Assembly: GCA_009693615.1 (NCBI GenBank) | Contig: SHWX01000001.1 | Coordinates: 1,586-65,585, forward strand | Length of the DNA stretch: 64,000 bases | Source: Chitinophagaceae bacterium | GTDB lineage: Bacteria > Bacteroidota > Bacteroidia > Chitinophagales > Chitinophagaceae | Direction of reading: 5' to 3' | Shown here: positions 39,987 to 48,626 of the stretch, one piece after another | Layout: every line of letters starts with the position of its first letter | Numbering within the stretch: the first letter of the stretch is position 1 | Made by a program: the position numbers and the translations under genes | The notes under the pieces: generated by a model | Told to the model about the DNA's origin: nothing | What the model saw: only the letters and a program-made list of their open reading frames with translations | The model's database searches: none

Positions 39987-42338
39987 ATGTCAAAAAACTT
40001 ATTAATTGTGGAGTCGCCTGCAAAGGCAAAGACGATCGAGAAGATTTTAGGGGAAGAATTTGAAGTAAGAAGCTGCTATGGTCATATTCGTGACCTAGAG
40101 AAAGTAGACATGGGTATTGACTTAAAAAACAAATTTGCCCCAAGATATACCGTCCCTAGTGAGAAAGAAAAAGTAGTAAAGGAATTAAGGTCTATGTCTA
40201 AAAAAGCAAAGGAAGTTTGGCTAGCATCGGATGAGGACCGTGAAGGAGAAAGTATTAGTTGGCATTTAGCAGAAGTATTGGGATTAGATCCTAAAAAAAC
40301 AAAGCGTATTGTATTTCATGAAATTACTGCACCTGCCATTAAAAAAGCAGTTGCGAATCCGCGTTTCATAAATATGGATTTAGTAGATGCACAACAAGCA
40401 AGAAGAATATTAGATAGAATTGTGGGTTTTGAATTAAGCCCTGTTCTTTGGAGAAAAATTGGCATGCAAAGAAGTTTGAGTGCCGGTCGTGTGCAAAGTG
40501 TGGCCGTAAGATTAATTGCTGAAAGAGAAAGAGAGATCAATCAATTTTTACCAGAGAGCGTTTTTAAAATTTCAGCTTTATTCACAGCCCCCGATATTAA
40601 TAAAAAGAAAGTAAAATTTAAAGCAGAAGGCCCTCAAAAATTATCAACAGCTGGTGCTGCTGAAAAGTTTTTAAACGAATCCAAAGGTGCAAAATATACT
40701 GTAAAAGATATTGCCGTAAAAGACGGAAAACGAACGCCCTCTGCGCCTTTCACCACTTCTACCTTACAACAAGAAGCTTCTAGAAAATTAGGTTATAGCG
40801 TAAGCAAAACAATGTTGCTTGCACAAAAATTATATGAAAGTGGTAAGATCACTTACATGAGAACCGATAGTATTAGTTTAAGTGAGACAGCAGTGAACGC
40901 CATTAAAGCAGAAATTAATTCAAGCTTTGGTGAAAAATATTATCAACCTCGTAAGTTCAAAAATAAAAATGAAAATGCACAAGAAGCGCATGAGGCCATA
41001 CGCCCTTCTTACATGAATGAAAGTAAAGTAGACGATGCCGATTTAAACAGATTATACGAACTTATTTGGAAAAGAACCATTGCCTCTCAAATGAGCGATG
41101 CACAATTTGAAAAGACAACTGCTAAAATTGAAGTGTCTACGAATAAAGAAACATTAACAGCAAGTGGAGAGGTAATGAAATTTGATGGTTTTCTAAAAGT
41201 ATATTTAGAAAGTAACGACGAAGAGGAAGAAGATAATAATGAAGAAGGAGAAAGTTTATTACCTCCTTTAGCCAAAGGACAAGTATTGGACTTTATAGAA
41301 ATGATAGGACTAGAGCGTTTTAGCCGTCCTAGTTCCCGATATACAGAAGCGTCGCTGGTAAAGAAATTAGAGGAATTAGGCATTGGACGCCCTTCTACTT
41401 ATGCGCCTACCATTTCTACTATTATGAAGCGTAATTATGTAGAGAAAAGAGAAAAAGAAGGCGTTAAAAGAGTCTACCAAATTTTAACACTGGATAATAA
41501 GGATCTAATTAAACAAGAGGCTGCGGCTGAAATTACAGGTGCAGAAAAAAATAAGTTATCCCCTACCGACTTAGGTTTAGTGGTAACCGATTTCTTAAAA
41601 CTCCATTTCTCTAAAGTGATGGACTTTAACTTTACAGCTAAAATTGAAGGAGAATTTGATGAAATTGCTGCAGGTAAGTTATTATGGAGCGATATGATTG
41701 ATTCATTTTACAAACCCTTTCATGAAACCATTGAGCATACCCTAGAAACCGCGGAAAGAGCTAAAGGTGAAAGAGAACTAGGATTTGATGCAGTGACTGG
41801 TAAAAAAGTAATTGCCCGTATGGGTAAATATGGCCCCATGGTACAAATTGGCCACCAAGACGAAGAAGAAAAGCCAAGATTTGCAAAGTTAAAAGCTTCT
41901 CAAAGTATTGAAACTATAAGTTTTGATGATGCTATGGAACTTTTCAAACTACCTCGTACGCTTGGTCAATTTGAAGAGGAAGATGTTTCAGTAAATATTG
42001 GTCGTTTTGGCCCTTACGCCGCCCATGCTAAGAAGTTCTACTCCCTTAATAAGGAAATGGACCCTTATACTGTAACCCTAGAGGAACTCAGTCCTATGAT
42101 TGCAGAAAAGCGTAAAGCCAAAGACGAGAGAACCATTAAGGTATTTGAAAAAGAAAAGATACAACTGCTTAGAGGCCCTTATGGACCTTATATCAAACAA
42201 GGTTTACGCAATTTTAAATTAAGCAAAGAACAACAAGAGAAAGTAGAAACCTTAACCATTGAAGAAGTAAATGCAACTATTGCTGAATTAAAAGCCAACC
42301 CGCCACGCAAAATGGCTAGAAAGAAAAAGGCTTCTTAA
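39987..42338 (+). CDS. topA: Type IA DNA topoisomerase I
   Basis: IVESPAKA, DEDREGE, SAGRVQS, ITYMRTD, AHEAIRP, GIGRPST; C-terminal G(R/K)xGP repeats. Confidence 0.97.
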   Translation: MSKNLLIVESPAKAKTIEKILGEEFEVRSCYGHIRDLEKVDMGIDLKNKFAPRYTVPSEKEKVVKELRSMSKKAKEVWLASDEDREGESISWHLAEVLGLDPKKTKRIVFHEITAPAIKKAVANPRFINMDLVDAQQARRILDRIVGFELSPVLWRKIGMQRSLSAGRVQSVAVRLIAEREREINQFLPESVFKISALFTAPDINKKKVKFKAEGPQKLSTAGAAEKFLNESKGAKYTVKDIAVKDGKRTPSAPFTTSTLQQEASRKLGYSVSKTMLLAQKLYESGKITYMRTDSISLSETAVNAIKAEINSSFGEKYYQPRKFKNKNENAQEAHEAIRPSYMNESKVDDADLNRLYELIWKRTIASQMSDAQFEKTTAKIEVSTNKETLTASGEVMKFDGFLKVYLESNDEEEEDNNEEGESLLPPLAKGQVLDFIEMIGLERFSRPSSRYTEASLVKKLEELGIGRPSTYAPTISTIMKRNYVEKREKEGVKRVYQILTLDNKDLIKQEAAAEITGAEKNKLSPTDLGLVVTDFLKLHFSKVMDFNFTAKIEGEFDEIAAGKLLWSDMIDSFYKPFHETIEHTLETAERAKGERELGFDAVTGKKVIARMGKYGPMVQIGHQDEEEKPRFAKLKASQSIETISFDDAMELFKLPRTLGQFEEEDVSVNIGRFGPYAAHAKKFYSLNKEMDPYTVTLEELSPMIAEKRKAKDERTIKVFEKEKIQLLRGPYGPYIKQGLRNFKLSKEQQEKVETLTIEEVNATIAELKANPPRKMARKKKAS

Positions 42339-42345
42339 TACCACT

Positions 42346-42381
42346 AAAAAAGGTCCCCCGAAATTCGAGGGACCTTTTTTT
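42346..42381. terminator. Bidirectional intrinsic terminator
   Basis: AAAAAAGGTCCC...GGGACCTTTTTT between topA and the desaturase gene. Confidence 0.88.
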
Positions 42382-42404
42382 ATCTTATCTAAATCTTATA
42401 AGTT

Positions 42405-43496
42405 TTATTGTAATGAAGGCTTACTCATTAATTTAAGGTATTGAACATGTGCTTTAATGGCACTAATAACAGTAGGATATTCAATATACTTTAATTTAAA
42501 ATCGGCACATGTTTTCTTCACTATTTTAGAAATAGCTGGATAATGCACATGCGATATTTTAGGAAACAAATGATGTTCGATTTGAAAATTAAGCCCACCC
42601 ACTAACCAACTTACTATTTTACTCTTAGTGGCAAAATTAGCAGTGGTTTGAATTTGATGTATTGCAAATTCATCATCCATTTTATTCTCAGGTTGGTTGG
42701 CTAAAGGAAATGCAGTTTCAGTGACTGTATGTGCTAGTTGAAAAACAATACTTAATACAAAACCTGCAACAAATCCCACCACTAAAAAACCTACTAACCA
42801 GCTTAGCCAGCCCAACATATAAACAGGTAATGCTACAAAGACAAAAGCATGGTATACTTTCACTGCCCAAAATTCAATATGTTCAGAAGCGCTCATTTTG
42901 CTAATTTCTACAGACCCAATTTTTTTAGTAAAATACTTTTTGTAATCGGCAAAGAAAATCCAAAATATATACAATAACATATATAATCCCCAAAAATAGA
43001 TATGTTGAAAACGGTGTAAAAGATAATGTTTTTGGGTTGGCGCCATTCTCATTAAAACACCCACTTCAATATCATCATCTACCCCAACAATATTGGTATA
43101 AGTATGATGTAAAGTTACATGCTTCATCGCCCACATAAAACGACTTGCCCCCAGCACACTAATAGAAGAAGAGGCCAATTTATTTAACCAAGCGTAGTTA
43201 CTAAAACTACCATGGCTACCATCGTGCATAACATTAAAACCAATGGCTGCAATAAGGCCTCCAAATAAGATGCATTCTAAGATTGCATAAAATATAGGAG
43301 GTGTGAAAAATATTAAATGAATATAAGTAACCACAAATAAGCTCATTAAAATAATAGCTTTAGAAAACAATTTAAAATTACCTGTTGCTTTAATGGCATG
43401 TTCTTCTAAATATAGATTCACTCTTCTTTTTAATTCTGTATGTAATGAATTCACCTTTACAGGGAACTTAGGGGTAATCAGATTCATGTTTGACAT
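42405..43496 (-). CDS. Fatty acid (acyl-CoA) desaturase
   Basis: His boxes HDGSH, HVTLHH and QIEHHLFP. Confidence 0.92.
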   Translation of the reverse strand: MSNMNLITPKFPVKVNSLHTELKRRVNLYLEEHAIKATGNFKLFSKAIILMSLFVVTYIHLIFFTPPIFYAILECILFGGLIAAIGFNVMHDGSHGSFSNYAWLNKLASSSISVLGASRFMWAMKHVTLHHTYTNIVGVDDDIEVGVLMRMAPTQKHYLLHRFQHIYFWGLYMLLYIFWIFFADYKKYFTKKIGSVEISKMSASEHIEFWAVKVYHAFVFVALPVYMLGWLSWLVGFLVVGFVAGFVLSIVFQLAHTVTETAFPLANQPENKMDDEFAIHQIQTTANFATKSKIVSWLVGGLNFQIEHHLFPKISHVHYPAISKIVKKTCADFKLKYIEYPTVISAIKAHVQYLKLMSKPSLQ

Positions 43497-43691
43497 AGTC
43501 GATCGTTATAATTCACAAAGAAAAGGCAAATTGCAATAAGACTAGGCATTATTCTCTGTTATTTACCCGAACGTTTAATAATTCTATTTATTATGTAAAC
43601 AATTGTTAAATATATCCACATAGATGGGATAAGTTAAAACCATTTTTGACGATATATTTCGTTGATTTGAATAATAATTGAAACCTAACCT

Positions 43692-44561
43692 ATGCAAAAA
43701 GAAGCCGAAATTAGCGCCCTATTTAAGCTAATAGACGACCCTGACGAAGAAGTATTTAATACCATTGCAGACAGGTTGCTCAATTATGGCACCCCCATTA
43801 TACCTGACCTAGAACATCTTTGGGAAAATACATTAGACGAGGCTACATTAGAACGCATTGAAGTAATGATTTACAAACTGCGTTTGCAGGATTTAAAAGA
43901 AGCATTCATTGAATGGAAATCTAAACCCGACCCCTCTTTATTTGAAGGGGCTATACTAGTTACTAAATTTCAATTCCCAGAATTAGCCACGGATAATCTT
44001 CGCCATCAAATAGAAAAAATTAGACGTAATATATGGCTTGAATTAAATAACTATTTAACGCCATTAGAGCAAGCCAATGTCATTAGAAACATATTATTTA
44101 GCTACTATCAAATAAAGGGCGTAGAAGTAAACTATGAAAGGCCTGAAGAATTTTTAATTTCGGCTCCGCTACAATCTAAAAAAGGGAATGCCATTGCAAA
44201 TACTTTATTATACGCAGAGCTTTGTCAACAACTAGAAATACAAGCGCAGTTTATTAATATTCCGAAGCAATGCATTATTGCTTTTTATGCATCGGACTGG
44301 GACCCTGAAGAAATAGTGACCAACCCTCAAGAGTTTATTCAATTTTATGTAGAGGGTACTACAGGCAATGCCTTTTCTCAAAAGGATTTAGATCAATACA
44401 TGATTCGTTCTAACATTGAACCTAAGAATAGTTATTACAAGCCTTTGTCTAATGTAAAAATTATTAAAAAACATTTATTAGAATTTGCTAAATGTTTTAA
44501 TAGCCCTACCCTTCAATACAAGCAAAAGGACCTTACCGATTTAGCCAATTTATTAGACTAA
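43692..44561 (+). CDS. SirB1/transglutaminase-like domain protein
   Basis: ALFKLIDDPD N terminus, KKGN, LYAELCQQL. Confidence 0.75.
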   Translation: MQKEAEISALFKLIDDPDEEVFNTIADRLLNYGTPIIPDLEHLWENTLDEATLERIEVMIYKLRLQDLKEAFIEWKSKPDPSLFEGAILVTKFQFPELATDNLRHQIEKIRRNIWLELNNYLTPLEQANVIRNILFSYYQIKGVEVNYERPEEFLISAPLQSKKGNAIANTLLYAELCQQLEIQAQFINIPKQCIIAFYASDWDPEEIVTNPQEFIQFYVEGTTGNAFSQKDLDQYMIRSNIEPKNSYYKPLSNVKIIKKHLLEFAKCFNSPTLQYKQKDLTDLANLLD

Positions 44562-44571
44562 ATAAAAAACT

Positions 44572-44901
44572 ATGATTCAATGGGATGACTTTGCCAAGGT
44601 AGATATTAGATGCGGCACTATTTTATCGGCAGAAGTTTTTGCAAAAGCAAAAAAACCAGCCTACCAACTAAGTATTGATTTTGGAAGCCTAGGTATTAAA
44701 AAATCATCTGCACAAATCACAGCTCATTATAGCATTGAAAATTTAATTGGCAAACAAGTGGTTGCGGTAGTGAATTTTCCACCCAAGCAAATTGCTAATT
44801 TCATGAGTGAGTGTTTAGTTTTAGGTGTTTATGATACTCAAAATGAAGTGGTTTTATTACACCCCTCATTTCCTGTTCAAAACGGACAACCCATTGGTTA
44901 A
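44572..44901 (+). CDS. csaA: tRNA-binding protein (CsaA/Trbp111 family)
   Basis: DFAKVDIRCG, SSAQIT, VNFPPKQI, SECLVLG. Confidence 0.88.
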   Translation: MIQWDDFAKVDIRCGTILSAEVFAKAKKPAYQLSIDFGSLGIKKSSAQITAHYSIENLIGKQVVAVVNFPPKQIANFMSECLVLGVYDTQNEVVLLHPSFPVQNGQPIG

Positions 44902-45401
44902 TGGAAACTAAATACACTCAAATATATCATAGCCCTATTGGTGTAATTAAAATTATAGCTTCTGATTATTGTATTGAAGAATTGGTTTTTGTAGAAGCAG
45001 AGTCTGTATCAAAAATAAATTTATCCGAGCACTCCCCCCCTGTGATTCAACAATGCATTGACGAACTGATAGAATATTTTGCAGGCAGTAGAAGAAGTTT
45101 TTCAGTAGCCATTAACCAGGAAGGCACAGAATTTCAACAAAGGGTTTGGAAAGAATTATATGAAGTACCTTTTGGAAAGAATTTAAGTTATGGGGAACTT
45201 GCCAAAAAAATGGGCGACCCTAATGCAGTTCGAGCAGCTGCTGCTGCCAATGGTAAAAATAAAATAGCCGTTATAGTACCCTGCCATAGAATTGTAGGAG
45301 CAGATAAATCACTAGTGGGATATGCTTGGGGAAAGGCCAGAAAAAAATGGCTATTACAACATGAATTTAGACTAGCCCTAGGGGTGCAAACCTTATTTTA
45401 A
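44901..45401 (+). CDS. ogt: Methylated-DNA--protein-cysteine S-methyltransferase
   Basis: GTEFQQRVW, SYGELA, RAAA, PCHR. Confidence 0.92.
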   Translation: METKYTQIYHSPIGVIKIIASDYCIEELVFVEAESVSKINLSEHSPPVIQQCIDELIEYFAGSRRSFSVAINQEGTEFQQRVWKELYEVPFGKNLSYGELAKKMGDPNAVRAAAAANGKNKIAVIVPCHRIVGADKSLVGYAWGKARKKWLLQHEFRLALGVQTLF

Positions 45402-45875
45402 AATAGCACCGTCAAAACCAAAAGGTAATAAGTGAGTAGCCGATTGAAGCACCATCACTTTACCCGACATTCCTGCCATAATAATCTTAATGGGTGACTG
45501 AAATCTGTTCTCATAGTCTAATAAAGACTGTCTGCACATACCACAAGGTGATATGGGCTCCACGGAAGGCTTGCCCACCGGTTCGTAGCTAATAGCTATA
45601 GTTTGTATTTTTTCGAGTGGTAATTGGCTTCCCACACTATTTAATAAAGCACGCTCTGCACAAATGCCTACGGGGAAACTGGTACTTTCCTGATTAGAGC
45701 CAATGATTATAGCATTGGAGCTTAACCTTGCAGCAGCCCCTACTTTAAAATGGGAATAAGGAGCATAAGCCGTTTGGGTCGCTTTTTTAGCCGCTTCTAA
45801 AAGTTCTTGATCTGCACTTGACAATTCATTGGCACTCTCCAATAAATCGTATTCGAACTCAAATTTTTGCTGCAT
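45393..45875 (-). CDS. cdd: Cytidine deaminase
   Basis: YAPYSHFKVGAA, CAER, PCGMCRQ, LLPFGF. Confidence 0.93.
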   Translation of the reverse strand: MQQKFEFEYDLLESANELSSADQELLEAAKKATQTAYAPYSHFKVGAAARLSSNAIIIGSNQESTSFPVGICAERALLNSVGSQLPLEKIQTIAISYEPVGKPSVEPISPCGMCRQSLLDYENRFQSPIKIIMAGMSGKVMVLQSATHLLPFGFDGAILK

Positions 45876-45880
45876 GTAGT

Positions 45881-47392
45881 TTATTTAATTAAATTAAATA
45901 AGCGATTCCATCTAATAGATTTATTATAACTAAACCAAATTAAAGCTGCCCTACCTACAATATGTGTTTCAGGCACAAAGCCCCAGTACCTGCTATCTTG
46001 ACTACGATGACGATTATCTCCCATCATCCAATAATAATCAAGCTTTACTGAATAATTAGTAGCAGCAGCTCCATTAATAAAGTATTGACCATTTTGCTTT
46101 TCTAAACGATTGTGCTCATAGTTGGTAATGAGTCTGCGATAAATTTCAATAGTGGTATCATTTAATTCAATGATATCTCCTTTTTTAGGAATGCGAATGG
46201 CACCAAAATTATCCACGGACCATGGCGCATGCACTACATCATTGGGGAAAGTATTGCCAATTAAATTATCTACATAAAAACTCACCTCTTTTACTTGCGG
46301 TAATTTACGCAGGCTGGCGGCAGCACCAGCTGTCATATTTATCACATAGGTATTCGGACTTCCATCCATGATTTTAAAATCGGCAGTGGCTTCATTAATA
46401 TCAATACCAATCGTGTCTTCTATAAAACTTTCCGGGATGGCTGTACCATCGGTAACTACTATGTATTCTGTTTGCGCAGAAGCAGGCACATAAGCAGGCT
46501 TGTTATTCACCCATAATTGACTTTCTTTAACTTGTATCATATCTCCTGGGATACCCACACATCTTTTAATATAGTTGTCGGTCTTATCCACTGGATGCAC
46601 TAAAATTGGATAATCGGCTTGCAATTTTTCTCTATTATTATTATACTCTGGTGTTCTTAATACATCGTAATAAGGAAACTTAGATCCAAATTCTGGTAAG
46701 TTAATAATAGTATCTCCTGCTGGAAAATTAAAGACCACTACATCGTTTCTATTAATGTTTCTAAACTTGATTAATCTTTGATAATCGAGTTGCACCAATT
46801 TTGAATAAGAAGGTGTGGTAGGTGCCCCTGGTAAAGTATTGTGTACAAAAGGAAAAGAAATAGGTGTTTGAGGAATTCTAGCCCCATAAGTAAGCTTATC
46901 GACAAATAAGAAATCATTTACTAAAAGTGTTTTTTCCATACTCTCTGTAGGAATCACATAGGCTTCAAATAAAAATATTCTAATTAAAGTGGCCGCCACA
47001 ATAGCAAATACACCAGCATCAATCCACTCTCTAGAAGCAGGTTTATGATAATGTGCTAAAGCCTGTTCTCCATACCATTTTTCTTTTGTAGAAAACCCTA
47101 AATAAGGCAAATATATAAAAGGGAAAAAAACGGTTAATGCATGTTGAATCACATTTACCTTTTTAAAATGCATGGTAAAAATGATAGAAATCCAAAGGCT
47201 AATAAATTGTCCTAAAATAGGAACCAATTGTAACCAAAACCAAATTTTTGGAATACCACATAACTTTACCACTTCCCAGGTATTATAAATAGGAATCATT
47301 GCCTTGGTTTTATCCCCTCCAGCTTTTACTAGCATACTATACATACCAATATGCCAACCCAACCAAAATAGAATAAACAAAACTAGTCCCAT
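45881..47392 (-). CDS. lepB: Signal peptidase I with N-terminal membrane domain
   Basis: IPTESMEKTL, RNDVVVF, YIKRC, GDNRHRSQDSR. Confidence 0.94.
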   Translation of the reverse strand: MGLVLFILFWLGWHIGMYSMLVKAGGDKTKAMIPIYNTWEVVKLCGIPKIWFWLQLVPILGQFISLWISIIFTMHFKKVNVIQHALTVFFPFIYLPYLGFSTKEKWYGEQALAHYHKPASREWIDAGVFAIVAATLIRIFLFEAYVIPTESMEKTLLVNDFLFVDKLTYGARIPQTPISFPFVHNTLPGAPTTPSYSKLVQLDYQRLIKFRNINRNDVVVFNFPAGDTIINLPEFGSKFPYYDVLRTPEYNNNREKLQADYPILVHPVDKTDNYIKRCVGIPGDMIQVKESQLWVNNKPAYVPASAQTEYIVVTDGTAIPESFIEDTIGIDINEATADFKIMDGSPNTYVINMTAGAAASLRKLPQVKEVSFYVDNLIGNTFPNDVVHAPWSVDNFGAIRIPKKGDIIELNDTTIEIYRRLITNYEHNRLEKQNGQYFINGAAATNYSVKLDYYWMMGDNRHRSQDSRYWGFVPETHIVGRAALIWFSYNKSIRWNRLFNLIK

Positions 47393-47506
47393 AAATAAGA
47401 AATTATTGTTATAACAAAAATATCCCTTTGTGAGAGATATTTATAAAAAGATTTAGAATTAACTCATTTTTAATTTGAAAGGCTTAAATAAAGGATGATT
47501 GTGCAT

Positions 47507-48493
47507 TTACTTATACTGATGCATTACCTCTTTAATTAACTTAACCGTTCTGCTAATATCTGGGATGGCTAGTGCGGTTAAATTAGGTGCATAATGCATA
47601 GGCGCATCGGCACTGGTAATTCTTCTAATGGGTGCATCTAAATAATCGAAGCCTTCTTTTTGAATACGATAACTTAACTCAGAAGAAACAGAAGCAAATG
47701 GCCATTGCTCTTCCACTATTACTAATCTATTGGTTTTCTTCACACTTTCTAAAACAGTCATCCAATCTAATGGACGAATGGTTCTAAGGTCAATTACTTC
47801 TGCACTTATTCCTTCCTTCTCTAATTCTTCAGCGGCCCCTAAAGCTACTTTCATCATCTTGCTATAAGATACAATGGTAATATCACGGCCTGGTCTTTTG
47901 ACATCGGCAAGCCCTAATGGAATATAATACTCCTCGTCGGGCACATCGCATTTATCTCCATACATGACCTCACTTTCTAAAAACATGATAGGATCTTCTT
48001 CATAACGAATGGCTTGCTTTAATAAACCTTTTGCATCATATCCATTTGCAACAGATACGACCTTAATACCCGGTATATTGGCTAAACAACTTTCAAAAGC
48101 AGTTGAATGTTGCGCCCCTAATTGACCCGCACTTCCATTAGGCCCTCTCATTACAATAGGACAGCCAATTTGGCCTCCACTCATCGCTAGCATCTTACTT
48201 GCCGTATTCAATATTTGATCCAAGGGCAGTACCGCAAAGTTCCAAGTCATAAACTCCACAATGGGTCTTAATCCATTTTGAGCAGCTCCCACAGCCACTG
48301 CTGTAAAGCCTAATTCAGATATAGGAGTATCAATAACGCGTTTAGCGCCAAATTCAGCTAACATACCTTGGCTTACTTTATAAGCACCATTGTACTCCGC
48401 TACTTCCTCCCCCATTAGCAAGACTCTTTCATCTCTTCTCATCTCCTCGCTCATGGCTTCTCGGATAGCTTCTCTTAAGGCAATTGATCGCAT
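47507..48493 (-). CDS. pdhB: Pyruvate dehydrogenase E1 beta subunit
   Basis: GEEVAEYNGAYKVS, DTPISE, RGPNG, AQHS, IDLRTIRPLD. Confidence 0.95.
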   Translation of the reverse strand: MRSIALREAIREAMSEEMRRDERVLLMGEEVAEYNGAYKVSQGMLAEFGAKRVIDTPISELGFTAVAVGAAQNGLRPIVEFMTWNFAVLPLDQILNTASKMLAMSGGQIGCPIVMRGPNGSAGQLGAQHSTAFESCLANIPGIKVVSVANGYDAKGLLKQAIRYEEDPIMFLESEVMYGDKCDVPDEEYYIPLGLADVKRPGRDITIVSYSKMMKVALGAAEELEKEGISAEVIDLRTIRPLDWMTVLESVKKTNRLVIVEEQWPFASVSSELSYRIQKEGFDYLDAPIRRITSADAPMHYAPNLTALAIPDISRTVKLIKEVMHQYK

Positions 48494-48559
48494 GAATAAC
48501 TATTTAATTTGAGTTGCAAAAATAGAGATTTATAAAGGAAAAAAGTAATTCTAGGGCAT

Positions 48560-48599
48560 AAAAAAATCCCCTCCGCCTGAGCTAGTCAGGAGAGGGGAT
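48560..48599 (-). terminator. Terminator after the TonB-dependent receptor gene
   Basis: ATCCCCTC..CCTGA-gctag-TCAGG.GAGGGGAT with an A7 run (U-tail on the minus strand). Confidence 0.8.
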
Positions 48600-48626
48600 C
48601 TAAAATCTAACCCACCCTAAAACATA

